The notes under the pieces were generated by a model that was not told the origin of the DNA, ran no database searches, and saw nothing but the letters and a program-made list of their open reading frames with translations. Source: Octopus bimaculoides (Eukaryota). Taken from it: a stretch of DNA of 64,000 bases. Within the stretch, counting starts at the first letter, position 1. Each line of letters begins with the position of its first letter. The stretch lies in NCBI RefSeq assembly GCF_001194135.2, contig NC_068981.1, positions 20,177,443-20,241,442 on the forward strand. The letters run 5' to 3'. Shown in pieces: positions 42,891 through 56,157 of this stretch. The position numbers and the translations under genes were made by a program.

Positions 42891-44439
42891 GTCTTTTATT
42901 TTGTGCTTTATTATTCATGCTTACTAACATTACACATTGAAGCATTGTATAATCTATCCAGCCTTTACCCAAAGAGGAAATTGCTTTGTTGCAAACCGAG
43001 GTAATAAGCTCCTTGATAGCTTTCACTATGTTCATACTCTAGCAGCTAAGCTTACGGGACACCCATTTCTATTGTTACTTAGGTCACCCAGGAAACAAAA
43101 GCTACTAACTACTCCAAACTTATATCTGACATGTACTCTTATTGCTTACTGCCCTTCTGCATCTGTCATATATAAAGTTTACTTTCCTTGTTCTTCTGGT
43201 GATCCTGCTACACCACTTGAACACCAATGGTTTACACCAGATGTACCTACCATTTTCCAATCCAACGAACTCCTTTAGTCGTTGCTTAGTTTACTCTCAA
43301 GCTTTTAGATTCTGGGCTTTATTTCCAGGTTTACTATTTCATCTTTAACTGTTTGATTGACTCAGCTATGAAATCTTGGTCATCATCGTCATCAACATTA
43401 TCACCATTTCAATCTCCAGTTTTCTATGCTGGTACGGGTCATGGTGTTCATTGAGGTAGATTCTCTGTAGATGGATGTCTTTCCTGTTGCCAATCCTCGC
43501 CGCTTTCCCAGCAAGAAAATATTTTCCCATGGTCAAACATATTTTTGCAGAAGACTGGAAACAAATGATACATTTTCGTATGCTAGTGACACTCATTTAC
43601 AACCATCATGTAATGTTGAGACAAAGACATACATACATGTGCACACACGTACATATTCATACACACACTGTGTCTCCAGACACATGATTTTGACATTCAG
43701 ATACATGTAGAAGACTGTGTTCTCATTATGAGTTCACCAGCAGACCAACAAAGAGACTGGTAGTTGTATGTTGCTCTTTATATATACCATAACACAGAAA
43801 GCAATGATGTATGAAAACAGCCAAATTATTAAAAAAAAAAAAATCACATATGCAATTTTCTACACAATGTGAGAGCTCTGAAATTGCTGATATGAATATT
43901 GAAAATATAAATTTAAATTTAACCTATGGAAATGAAGTGTTATAGTGGTAGGTAAAGAAAAAATATTATTTTCGTGCAAAGCAATTAAGGAAATATTTCA
44001 ATAATAGTGAAAAGAATCAGATTTAGAGTGATAATATTTACAAAGTTATGTAAGAATTGCTAGTACAAAGAAATCCTTGAAAATATAATCAAACCACTTA
44101 TTAAGATAAATATTTTTTATATATATATATATATACATATATCATCATCATCATTTAATGTCTACTTTTCCATGCTTGCATAAGTCAGATGGAATTTGTT
44201 GATGCAGATTTTATATATATAGGCATGGCTGTGTGTTTAAGAAGCTTGTTTCTCAATCATATAGTTTTCAGCATGGCACTTTGAGTAAGTATCTTCCATT
44301 TCCCATGCCAACCAAAGCTTTAGAGTGAACTTAGTGGATGGAAACTGAATGAAGCACATCAAATATACCTCTCTATATACATTACTAGCAATGGGAACAG
44401 TGTTAATACCAAAATGTAATTTTTATTGTAAGTACCTTG

Positions 44440-45298
44440 AGAGAATAGTTGAACCTAAGAAGCATCAGCTGTGGTGTGCAAGAGAGACGATTGCACTGGT
44501 ATGGGCATGTGGCGAGAATGGATGAGGATAGCTGTGTGAAAAAGTGCCACATCCTAGCAGTTGAGGGAACCTGTGGAAGAGGTAGGCCCAGGAAGACCTG
44601 GGATGAGGTGGTGAGGCATGACCTTCGAACATTGGGCCTCACCGAGGTAATGACTTCTGACCAAGACCTTTGGAAATATGCTGTGCGTGAGAAGACCCAG
44701 CAAGCCAAGTGAGACCTAAATCCAAGGCTTCTGCCAGGATGCGTACCTTCCTACATTGGACACTAAACTCCGCTTGTGAAGACCTGTTGAAGCAAGTGAA
44801 ATCGAAATTGAAATCAAATTCAATGACAGCACCTCATGACTGACATCCGTGCCAGTGGAGCGCTAAAAGCACCGTCTGAGTGTGATTGTTGCCAGGGCCA
44901 CTGACTGGCCCCCATGTCGGAGGCACATAAAAAGCACCATTCGAGCGTGATTGTTACCAACATCACCTTACTGGCACGTGGAAAACAACATATGAGCAAG
45001 GGCGTTGCCAGTGCCGCTAGACTGGCTCCTGTGCAGGTGACACGTAAAAACACCATTTGAGTGTGGCCGTTGCCAGTACCGCCTGACTGACCCTCGTGCC
45101 AGTGGCATGTAAAAGCACCCACTACACTCTTGGAGTGGTTGGCGTTAGGAAGGGCATCCAGCTGTAGAAACTCTGCCAGATCAGATTGGAGCCTGGTGCA
45201 GCCATCTCGCTCACCAGTCCCTAGTCAAATCACCCAACCCATGCCAGTATGGAAAGCAGACGTTAAACGATGATGAGGATGATGGTGATGATGATGAT
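44440..45298 (+). mobile_element. 5'-truncated RTE-clade LINE: ORF C-terminus, 3' UTR with tandem ~65-bp units, (GAT)n tail
   Basis: ORF 44449-44712 RRLHWYGHVARMDE...GTCGRGRPRKTWDEVVRHDL...DLWKYAV (RTE C-terminal motifs); five subunits at 44825-45130; terminal aggaagggcatccagc...cgttaaacgatgatga. Confidence 0.9.
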
Positions 45299-45603
45299 GG
45301 CCTTGCTTAGAAACTAGTGAGGGTTGGTGGCAGGAAGGGCAGCTGACCATAGAATATTTATCTCAATGAGTTTCATTTGGTTTGTGCGGCATGGAAAAGT
45401 TTGTAATAAAACAATGATAATGATGTATAACCAGTTTCATTTAATTCTTTCCAACATGTTTTTCAATGTTACCATGGATTACTTGTAACTTGTTGAGGTA
45501 GATTTTTCTCAGTCAAATGCTTTTCTTAATAGTAACCCTTACTTGTTTTTCAAGTAAGGTATTTTCATTTACATGTTGAGTCAATAAAGCCTCTGAAACT
45601 ATA

Positions 45604-45800
45604 CATGGAAGTGCTGAAAAGTTCCTGGCTTTGGGTAAAAGAAAATACAGGAGGATCAGTTAATTATGATTTTATTCAACATATTCCTCTCTCTCAAATT
45701 CACACACATATTGCAGTGGTCCTTCAGTGTTTTTTTTTGGGCCCTGTAAAATAACTCAAAAACTTGGGCCACCAACCAGGAACTTCTTAACACACCCTTG
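45604..45800. mobile_element. Mariner-derived MITE (197 bp)
   Basis: TA at 45602-03 and 45801-02; TIRs catggaagtgctgaaaagttcctgg / ccaggaacttcttaacacacccttg share the aa[a/g]aagttcctgg core with the 49688 element. Confidence 0.75.
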
Positions 45801-46619
45801 TAGGACTTTTATTTGATGGAGAATGTGAAAAATGTCACCACTTGCTTAAGCACTTCTATTGTATACCTGTACATTACTACTGCAAACTTGCATATACAGG
45901 ACAATTGTGTCAAGTATATAATAGATTGGACTTCTTTTAAGTGGTTAGTATGAACAAGGACAAACAATCTCAGAATTTCTCCATCAAAGAATCCCTGCTG
46001 TCTATACTAGCAAAGGGAAATGGATATAAAACAGTAAAATATGTATAACTCAAATATGTTGCTGTTGTCATAATTGTTTAGCTCAAGGTCAACATTGATC
46101 AAATAGACCCTAGCATCAAGAACATTCCAGTTTTGATTATCTTGTTCCTTTTTCAGAATTAGCATATCTAAAGTTACCCTATCCAATATGTCCTTCATCT
46201 TTTAAACTGTACATGTTATATGTAAGTTCAGCAATTCTCTGTATTAGTTTGGTTTGGCAGATGGGGCCATACCCAGGGCCTTTGCAGACACTCTAAGGCT
46301 GATGAAATCATTGTTGTTAACTTTCTGTTTAAACTATTCCAAGGAGAGAATATATTTACAGTAATCTACAACTAGTCAACAAATATGCTTCTGTCTTACC
46401 AAAATATCTAAACACTTTCTTGTTATTTTCTGTCTCCTTATTGAAACCAAATCAAGGAAATTGTGGTTTATATGTTTAGGTTGTGAGTTATTTTGAAAAC
46501 TATTCCTGACAAGAGAATTTCTCAGCTTTCCATTTTAACTGCTTTTAAAGTAAAGAAATAAGTTTCATACTGCTTCCAAACCAGCTCACTTGATCCACTT
46601 GGTCACTTGATCTTGTCAC

Positions 46620-46800
46620 TTATATTATGTCTGCCCTCCCCTCTAAATATCCTAACCCACACTAACTACTATACCCAATCCTTCCTCCTCAGCATGTTGA
46701 CCATCTGGAATTCTCTCTTTGCCCACTTTTTCTCCCACAATCATCAACTTGCAGTCATTCAAAAAGAATATTAACTATATTAATCTAACCTGTCTGAAAG
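46620..46800 (+). mobile_element. L2/CR1-like LINE 3' relic (similar C/T-rich relics ~200-700 minus, ~39200-40700 plus, ~47850-48090 plus)
   Basis: ...TIWNSL..HFF..N.QL..(F)KK.IN-like remnant typical of CR1/L2 ORF2 ends; very decayed. Confidence 0.4.
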
Positions 46801-49017
46801 AGCCTGTGAAGGACAAGAGCACAGACTGCCTATTATTCCAAGCTAAATCATTTAAAATTAAAAACAAAAAATTATGTCCATATTTCTGATGAAACCTGCT
46901 GTCGAAATTTTCATTAATTTTAAAACTTATTACAAATTTGGTAGATTTAGTAAAATAACTTTTATATTATTTACTGGTGTTTGGAACATAACAAAAGTTT
47001 CTCGGATAAAATTATGATGGAAGATTTTAATTTAAATATAAACAATTAAAAACATTGTTTTTTTTTATATCAATAAACCAGAGGTGGTCTTAGGCAGGTT
47101 AGTATCAAAAGAATTAATTTCCCATGATCTGCTGATTCTAAGCATTTTCAAAGAAGAAAAGCTAGACTTTCTCTTCAAGGCCAGGAAATACTTCAGCTTT
47201 GAACAATTGCTGACCTCTACAAGGTACAAGTGTGCACCATATTATAGTATTGCTCATATTATAGTATTGTATGTGAAATCATGCAGCTGCTGCTACATAC
47301 AAGCTTTGTAGTCTGTATCAGAAGACAATGCTATCCAATTAATTAGTAAGACTTCACTAGAACCATTACAACATTGGTGAGCTGATGAGGAACTTCTGCA
47401 TAGTCGCTGGACTTGCAAGAAATATCAGTCAAATTCCATTAAAAATAGGAGTGACATGTTAGATAATGTAAGATCCAGAATCCAAGGAGACTAGCTGCAG
47501 TCTGTAACAGCAAAATTCAATCTATGAAAAATAGTTCATGAGGAAAAAAAAAATCACAGTAAATGAATTTGTTATAAGAAGGGAAAATTTAATATTTCAG
47601 ACATTATGTTCAGAAATGAGAATATAGAGACTGATAGCATGAGCACAGAAAGGTGGATGATAATGTAACCACAGGTACTTCTCTAAAAGAAGACAGGATG
47701 GTCATGGCTGGAATGTCTTTGATCAAATGACTCTTAACCTAGGATAACTTGGAGTTAGACTATAACAATTAAAGCACTAATGTACTGTATCTGTTCTCTC
47801 TCTCTCTCTCTCTCCGCCTCTCTCTCTCTCTCTCTCTCTCTCCTGTTATTGTAGTTCTTGTTCATCAAAACTAATAAGCTACACTCCACCTCCATACAAG
47901 CCTCTCTAAGACTCCCACTTCTCATTTCATTCACCTCTGCTGTTTCTCACACTCACATTCTGAGCACTTTGCCTCAATCACTCATTCAGAACTGCAACTT
48001 TCTACAAGTCCTTCCTTGGCATATTTTACTCAGTAAATATCAACCTACAGAAGATTAACTTGGAACATCAATTATATCATTTTCACCAACCAACAGCACT
48101 CACTCTACAAACTTGTTGCTAGACATGCTAAAAGTAGCTGCCGAATCTCCCTCCAATCAGGTTTTGACATCTTGGGCAAAAGAAAGACACAGGTAGGTAT
48201 ACATCAGCCTGTGCCGCTGATGTACGCCTCCAATATATGACAGTACAAAAAGTTCAAAGGACAAGCTGTTAGTTACTGTTTAGCCACAGGCAACCCTGAT
48301 CCAGTAGGCCTTTAACCAAAAGCATTTGAACTGTGAACACTCAGTATTTTGAGAGGTGTCTAAGACTACATTATCTCATGTGTCCTTTACATATTTAAGA
48401 GTGTAAGGTGTGATTTGAAGGAGATTTGGCTGCTATTCCAAGCAGATTGAATGACCACCTAGAACCTTTTTTATGAAACTCATAAGTTTTCAAACCATAA
48501 ACTAAACATTATGAAATTCAGTAATATTTGAAATATATTTTAATCCTATTTCTTAAGAACTTTTCTAAGGTTATATTTTACTCTAATTATTTCTCTTCTA
48601 CACCTCATGACTGTAATTTACTTCCCCTAACTCTATTTTCCTCCTTTTTATTTTAATATTTATTTGATTATACTTTGTAAACAATGGCATAGTTGGTTAT
48701 AGATTTTCAATGGTACAATTGCTGCTTCACTGCATTTACAGTAGCAAGAGTGATAAAGTGGTATCTGTGACACTTGAGCAGAACAAACATGTTTTTGCTC
48801 AAAAAGCAACAGTTTATCAATTTACTTTACAATGTTTACATCTTTCTCTTGATATACATTAGTGGCATATATCATCATGCGTGTGTGTGTGTGTGTATGT
48901 GTGTGTACACATTCACTCTACACATGCATACACATATTTGAAAAATACATATATAAAAAATCTGCTTTCCTCCTGCCTCTAGTTTACATATAAAGGTGTA
49001 TCACTCAAAGATGTATT

Positions 49018-49390
49018 CTCTTTTACTCTCTTTTACTTATTTCAGTCTTTTGACTGTGGCCATGCTGGAGCACCGCCTTTAGTCGAGCAAATCGACCCCA
49101 GGACTTATTCTTTGGAAGCCTAGTACTTATTCTATCAGTCTCTTTTGCCGAACTGCTAAGTTACGGGGGACATAAACACACCAGCATCGGTTGTCAAGCG
49201 ATGTTGGAGGGACAAACACAGACATACAAACACATACACACATACATATATATACATATACATATATACGACAGGCTTCTTTCAGTTTCCGTCTACCAAA
49301 TCCACTCACAATGCTTTGGTCGGCCCGAGGCTATAGTAGAAGACACTTGCCCAAGATGCCATGCAGTGGGACTGAACCCGGGACCATGTA
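49018..49390 (-). mobile_element. SINE family A, 5' head truncated
   Basis: Colinear with other copies up to ...actgaacccgggaccatg. Confidence 0.88.
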
Positions 49391-49687
49391 TATGCATTAT
49401 TTACATACTCAAGCTGTCACATTTTGGATGTTTTGCTGGCTTAAGAGTGGAGGGGCCATACATACACAAAACAGTTTTAATTTGTCCTTTTTACTGTAGT
49501 TGCACTGGGCTATACAACAACTAATTTGCATTGAAACTTTGACATGTTTGGGTTCCCTGAAAAAGAATAGAACAAACTGATTCATATTCTCCAGATAAAA
49601 TCAGTGGAGGAACAGTAAAAATTTGTAAAAGCATTTCGGATTCTCCATTGAAGGTCCTGGGTGAAGATATGCACACAGTCACATCTA

Positions 49688-50566
49688 CAATGTGATATCA
49701 AAAAGTTCCCAGACTAGTTGTGTTTAATAAAACAAATAGCTCATTTACCTAAGTCTTAACATCATCTCCTTCAAAATAGTCACCTTGTGCAGCAATACAC
49801 CAGTCCCAGTGTTCCTGCTAATTTTGGAATCTGGCCTGGAAGTTGTTTTTTGTAAGCAAGTTGAGGACCTTCTATGATTCACTCTTGATTTCAACAACAT
49901 TGTGTTAAAATGGCACCCTTTGAGCTGCCTTTTCATCTTATAGAAGAGATGGAAGTCTGCAGTTGCTAAATTTGGTGAATAGGGTGGGTGTGGAAATGAT
50001 ACCATGTTGTTTTTGGCAAGAAATACACAAGTGAGGAGAGAGAACTTGGTGACAGGGTTTGTTGTCATCATGAAGAATCTAATTCTTCACACTTCACAGA
50101 TTCAGTTGCTTGTGCCTAATGTCCTCCCTAGAATGCTTCAAAATGTTGTCGATTGTCCTCCGCTGATCCTCATCCACAAGCTGATGGATTTTTGCCACAT
50201 TTCCAGGGATGACACTTGTAGCAGGTCTTCCAGATCACTCATCATCTTCCAGGAACGTTCTTCTACTTTTGAAATGCCCGTGCCACTTGAAATATTGCAT
50301 ATGACCCATTGCTTCATTGTCATAAGCTTGCCGAAGCAAGTTCAATGCCTCTGTAGTAGACTCCCTGAGTTTAATGCAAATTTTCATGTTGGTTCTTTGT
50401 TTTAGCATCCTGTCCATGATAAAAATCACAGACTAGAGCATACATGTGATCACAAAAACACAAATTTCACAACTTGGGAAGTAAACACAGCAATGTCACT
50501 ATGCACACAAGCATATGCTGCCATCTGTTGGCACACTACAGTCCAGGAACTTCTTCATACCACCTG
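49688..50566 (-). mobile_element. Internally deleted mariner (DD34D-type) transposon
   Basis: TA at 49686-87 and 50567-68; ~28-bp imperfect TIRs (..aaaaagttcccagact / agtccaggaacttctt..); minus ORFs QRTNMKICIKLRESTTEALNLLRQAYDNEAM...FKSRRTFLEDDE and FLAKNNMVSFPHPPYSPNLATADFHLFYKMKRQLKG (mariner YSPDL motif). Confidence 0.9.
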
Positions 50567-50828
50567 TATGTATACAATACATATACGCACACATAAACTG
50601 TAATGAAACACGCAAACACTTGTGTTCTATTATAATACATACATCCCTGAATGCACGTTTATCTATATGCATACAGCATGCACTTATATATGCACACGGC
50701 ATCCAATTCAGGTAACTGCAAAACCGAAGAGCAGTCTTCACTTCAACAAAAGGACTTTACTTCTTTATTAGTGACTGACTTGAATTTTGGGAAGGAAAAA
50801 ACTTAAATTACATCCCAAAGAAGTATGC

Positions 50829-50877
<49 letters not shown>

Positions 50878-52509
50878 CGTGCAGTGCTTTCATTTACTAA
50901 ATTCAACTCAAAAGGCAATTACTGTTAGTTAATCCAGGTATTGTAGAAAACATTTGCCTAAGCTTCTGCACAGTTGGATTGAATGTGGTTCACATGATTA
51001 CAAAGCAAACTTTTCAACCAGAGAGCCATATGTGTGTTACTATTTCACTTCTCTTTTTCTTACAAGAATGTCACTTTCCATTAAGATGAGATTTTATTTA
51101 TTTTGTTGGCAGAGTTGCTATGTTATCTTACATTTCACTTGTATTTGTTTATGAACTATATCAGCAGTTAACTTTATCAAAAACATTTAACTCTTAAAGT
51201 AATCTTTTAATGTGATTTCCAACCATCAGAAATTCTCATTCTTACTTGAATTGCTTATATTTTCAGTTATCTCTTGTTTCTATTTAGCTTATATCATTTG
51301 CTTGTACTTATAATTTATGTAAATAGCTAAATAGCAAAATACTCATATCAAAAAATGTTCTAAATTTCATTCCAAATTTAAACTGCATTTAATGCAATTC
51401 TTTCCATCTCCGCATAACTGTGCCCTTTCTAAACAGATACTCCTTAAACTTTTGCACCCTACTAACTTAGAAGAAATGATACACCAGATCATGTTGTCAT
51501 AGATACGCTTTGGCTGAATAAAAGATGGAATGGTCATAACTAGAATGTCTCTAATTTCAAAGTTTTCTCAATCAGTGTTGATATAGAACTAAACAGTAAC
51601 GATGTATGACTTCTGTAGAAGTTCAGATTTCTGTCCAGATTTTGGGGATTATCAACTACAGTCCCTTTTTTCCAGAAAACAGAATTCTTTTTTCAAAGAC
51701 AGAATGTTTTCAGCTCTTTTTCCTAATCCATTAATGTAATTCACCTCATATTTTCCATTTTGTCTTTAATTTCAATTTAATTCAAACAGTGATAAATTGC
51801 TAACATTGACATCTGCTGCTCTGTAGAATTCATTTTTGTTTCAATTGAACATTTATGTATATGTTTAACCTTTCACATCAATTCAGTATTTCTGGGAAAC
51901 ATTTTCTTGAATTGTTGCACTCCATGCTAAAATGAGGTATTTTCTTTTTCCATCTAGTTTGAGGCAATTAAGGAATTTTGCCCATGGATACAATAAATAA
52001 TCAGCACTACAAAACAAATTTGAATTTTACTCATAGTTTGTTTTTGTGCAGCAAGCATCCCAAGTTATTTCCTCCTCCAAGTTTTATAGGTTGTCATATT
52101 ATCACATCATTCACTAAAACTCCATATATCTTTCATAAATTATGCTTTGCTGATAGAGTCTAATAAGGCTTAAACATGTTTTAAATTGTCACCATATTGC
52201 TAATGATCTGACTCTTTTCCCATTGCATCCTATTTTTAATTGTAATTTAAATACTGAAGTTCTTCCTGCTGTTTATTTTTTTTCACTAAAGTTGTAAATT
52301 CCAACTTTACTAACCACATTAAAATTGCCTGTATGATCTTTGTAGGTCACTGGTTTAGCTATTACTTTTTCAATTGTTGCACTAAAATTTTCCTTGCATC
52401 CTTTGGAATCACAAACTTTATATATATATTGTGTAGAAATCTACACGTAAAATAACTCCACTAACAAATGTTTAGATATTTATCAATTAATGTTTCTCTT
52501 CTTTTCCAG

Positions 52510-52642
52510 CCTGAAGGGAGAATTGTTGGTTTAGCTTCTGATATACATGATGGTCTTCTTTTCTGGTCTGATGTCAGTGAAAGCAAGCGTGGTATTTATA
52601 GATCTTACTTAAATGGTAGTGATGTACGACTAATCTTGAAAG
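52510..52642 (+). CDS. Internal coding exon of an LDL-receptor class B (YWTD) beta-propeller protein (LRP/LDLR/nidogen/EGF-precursor-like family)
   Basis: Acceptor tttctcttcttttccag| and donor AAAG|gtaagt; 133 bp, phase 0 to phase 1; translates PEGRIVGLASDIHDGLLFWSDVSESKRGIYRSYLNGSDVRLILK with the YWTD-type FWSD and the I-x-R-x-x-L-[ND]-G-S repeat signature. Paralogue not assignable from one repeat. Confidence 0.87.
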
Positions 52643-53139
52643 GTAAGTTAACCATTTCATTTAACTCTTTCTTTAATAGAATTCTATCTCATTTCACCAA
52701 TGTTCTGTTGATTCACATAAAAACAAATGACAAGAAAGAATTTTTTCTCCTATATATATAATGTTCTGATGATACAACTTTTCAATTCTGATGCAAGTGG
52801 AATTCTCTCGAAACAGAGAAAATGTGAGACAAACTCATAAGGTCAGATATCAGAATGTTAGGCCTCACAAAGGTAATGGTAAGAATCACCACAAATGGAG
52901 AGTTGCTGTTAAAATGAACCAACATGCCAGCATAGAAAAGTAAATGTAAAAATGGTATCATTGGTGGTGGCGGTGGTGGCAGCGGCAGTAAAAACTTAAA
53001 ATATCAAAAAGCTCCCCTTATTGTTTTTATTTATTGTATATAAATTTTATAACCCCCCTATCTCATGATACTATGAGGGCAAGGAAATTTAAGGTAATAT
53101 TAGTTGTAATAATGTTTACATTGCTCTGAATCTGCAAAT

Positions 53140-53720
53140 GTCACAGACATTGACCCTTCTTCCTGATTTTGCCAGCTGTAGAAAATTTTTTGAGTGTCAA
53201 CATTGTGCAGTGACTGGTGAGGTGTTATGCAGTTTCTCCTTTTTCTCCACACCTCCTACATTTTTCTGCTACTCCTGAGTTGGCAGTCTTTGCTTAACAT
53301 AATTTGTTCTCAGGGCTTGTTCCTGTGCTGCACAAATTAAAGGTTCTGCCTCTAGTTTCAGACCACTTCTCCACACCCATAACCACTTCTTCTCCAAATT
53401 TGTTTCAGCTTCTGTGTTCCTGTAAAATTACTTGTACATCTTTTCTTTCCATCTTCTTTTGGTTTCAGTTTGCTTCTCCTTCATGTATTCAGACTTTTCC
53501 TTGCAATTTTTAATTTTCATCTAATTTGACATATTCCTTTCCAATAGCAGCAATAGTTCAGTAGCATTCTTTATGCCCCAAGCTATGCTGTTCTCTTCTA
53601 CTTTCACACATCCTTCATGACTCATGAATCTTCTTTCCCCTTTCTTCCTTGATGCAGGTAGAACAGATCTTGCAATGGTGTCATATGTATATCTTTTCTT
53701 TTGCGTGTTATCTATTTATA
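53140..53720 (-). mobile_element. Decayed R4/Dong-like (RLE-type) non-LTR retrotransposon relic
   Basis: Minus strand LEAEPLICAAQEQALRTNYVKQ followed by CRRCGEKGETA*HLTSHC, matching the ETE.LI.AAQ.QALRTN...CRxC...ET..H..S.C zinc-knuckle region of R4/Dong elements. Confidence 0.7.
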
Positions 53721-54319
53721 AAAGACTCAAAAATTGTTGAGTATTTTAGAGAGCATTTGGTGTTCTAAATATTCTCAGGTACAATATCCTAACTAGTTCT
53801 GAACTTCTAAAAACATCTTCACCTGTGGCAACAGCTGCAAATTAAAAGTAACAACATTAAGGGAAGTTATAATATATTCCCGGTCAATACTAGAAAATGC
53901 AAAAGAATCAAATATTTTGAATAGTTTATTATGACTTATTAGTAAAAACTTGGATGGAATTTTTGCAAAGCATATCATCATTATTAGTGTATTCATTCCA
54001 ACCTTGCTTCAGATGAGAATACATTGGATTGGAGTTTCCAAGTGAGATAATAATCTCCCAATCTATCAAACAAAAACAGCCCAAATTTGTTTATGAAGAG
54101 AACTGGAAATAAACATCACTGTACGATTAAGCCTTTTGTTTACAAAGTTCAAGCAACATGTCAAAAACATGTCATGAAGTCTAAACTTGATTTTGTGGTG
54201 GACTACAAGCAAACATCATCATCAGTGGGGTCATTGTTTATAACCAACAAACACATGTGAAGACAAGGAAAAGATAAACTCACACACACACACACACACA
54301 CATGACAGTGTAAATGATT

Positions 54320-54590
54320 TGAGAGAAAAATTGGGTATAAGTAGTATCAGCTGAAGTGTGCAAGAGAGAAGATTGTGCTGATATGGTCACGTGGTGCATA
54401 TGGATGAAGGCAGCTGCATAAAGAAGTGTCAGTCTCTAAATGTGGAGGAACCTGTGGAAGATGAAGACTCAGAAAGATGTCGAACAAAGTGGTGAGAAAG
54501 GATCTCCAGATGTTGAGCCTTACAGAGGAGAAGACAAAGGACCAAGACAATCGGTGATTTGCTGTGCTTGAGAAAACCTGCCCTGCTAAG
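54320..54590 (+). mobile_element. Decayed RTE LINE C-terminal fragment
   Basis: Colinear with 44440-44710 (gtgtgcaagagagaagattg...ggaacctgtggaag...gctgtgcttgagaa). Confidence 0.7.
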
Positions 54591-54654
54591 TTCCTGTCAC
54601 ACTATCCAATCTATGTGAGCAAATGATGACAATGACAGTGACGGTAACAATATA

Positions 54655-54820
54655 CTTGATGAGCTTCTTTCGATTTCTGTTTACCAAATCCTCTTACAAA
54701 ATTTTGGTCAGGCTGAGAGTTTTGTAGAATATACTTGTCCAAATTGCTATACAGTGGGACTGAACCCAAAGCTACATGGATGGAAAGTAAACATAACCAC
54801 ACAGCTCTCCCTACACCTAC
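54655..54820 (-). mobile_element. Decayed SINE family A 5' half (similar relics at ~17650-17785 minus, ~44220-44355 plus, ~57520-57960 minus)
   Basis: gagcttctttcgatttctgtttaccaaatc...gggactgaaccc...accacacagc recognisable despite divergence; coordinates approximate. Confidence 0.65.
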
Positions 54821-55974
54821 AAAAATTGGCCAAGGTCTTCACAGTATGAAGTGCTTCCTAAAGCAAATTTCCTTAGCAAATTTTTATGTAGCAAACTGAA
54901 CTTCAAATCAGTCATTAGGATTCTGCATTCTATTAATTTTTGTCAAAGTAGGTTTAGCATCTATACATTGGCTGGAATCTACAGAAGAGCAAAAAGACAA
55001 TCTAGAACTGTAAATGATTTTCAACAAATATTAATTAGCAAACCAGCTGCTTGGGAGGAACATTTCTCTGAATTTTCATCAATAAATTTCTTCTTTCATA
55101 AAAACCAAATGAAAAACCAAAGTAAATACTCATCTTGTTGATTAGATTTCCGAAACTATTTCAAGTGTCTAAAAAGGTTTATTTTGTCTTTAAGAAGCAC
55201 TTCACAAGAATTAATTTGTTGTTGATGTATTTTTTTCTTTTATGAAGAATGCACATTGGCACCTAAAATGCTATATGCTGGTGGAGGGCTGTAACTCTAC
55301 TATTTGAATAATAACATCTTTTGTTTGAATAGTAATAAGAACAACGACATCAACAACAACAATAACAACAATAACAACAACAATAATAATAATTGAAATT
55401 GACTTTCTTAGTTGTCAGAATTGATGGTCATCATTATTCTTGTTTTGCTTACTGTCATTTTAAATTAAAACTTTCTTCCAATTTCGATTTATTTTTCTGA
55501 CCTTCTGTCTCATTCAATATGTCTGAAGTTCGTTGGAATTGTTTTTTTTTTGTTTGTTTGTTAATGTTTATTGGGTGTCAGGCCATTAATGTTTGTTCTA
55601 TCAAGTAGATTTCCTTGAGATTTATGAGAATAAAGATGTGCATGCCTATGTTAGTTGGTAGAAACAGTGTATCTGTTTGTATGTATTTGCATAAACATGT
55701 GTAATATTTTTATCCATTATATGAATTTATTTCCTGTCATACAACATTACACTTTTAATACTGACCCTTGAATTTTCCTTCATACTGTGACAGAAACACC
55801 TTTGCTGTCAGTATAATGAAAACCTTAAATATTTTGTATCCACCTCAGATATTAGCTACTACTGTCAACACCTCTATCTATTGTAGTAGCTGTTACTGTC
55901 ATTTAGTCTTAAGTCAGTCCTAATCAAATAGATCAGTGACATTCATACCATAATCAGGACCATGATGATAATGA

Positions 55975-56157
55975 TCATCATCATCATTTAACGTCCACTC
56001 TCCATGCTGGCATGGGTTAGACAGTTTCACTGGTGCTGATGAGTCAGAGAGCTGCACCAGACTCCAGTCTAATTTGACAAGGTTTCTATGACTGGATGCC
56101 CTTCCTAGTGTCAACCACTCCAGGAGTTTAATGAGTGTTTTTATGTGCCACTGGCAC
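55975..56157 (-). mobile_element. RTE 3' terminal fragment (more decayed minus copies ~18770-18950, ~29980-30140, ~56530-56690, ~59650-59800; plus variant ~4840-5155)
   Basis: tcatcatttaacgtccactctccatgc...ctggatgcccttcctagtgtcaaccactc = reverse complement of the family tail. Confidence 0.8.

Noticed and set aside
44825-45130. CRISPR-like appearance of the tandem ~65-bp palindromic units
   Set aside because: Eukaryotic LINE 3' UTR; the whole unit is repeated with no unique spacers and no cas genes.
46886-46907. CTGATGA...GAAA hammerhead-like string
   Set aside because: Stem II does not pair properly, no cleavage triplet, and it lies in a decayed copy of the piggyBac-like MITE family.
54013-54041. 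Possible phase-1 next exon (DENTLDWSFQ)
   Set aside because: Spacing does not fit a YWTD repeat and the splice sites are mediocre.
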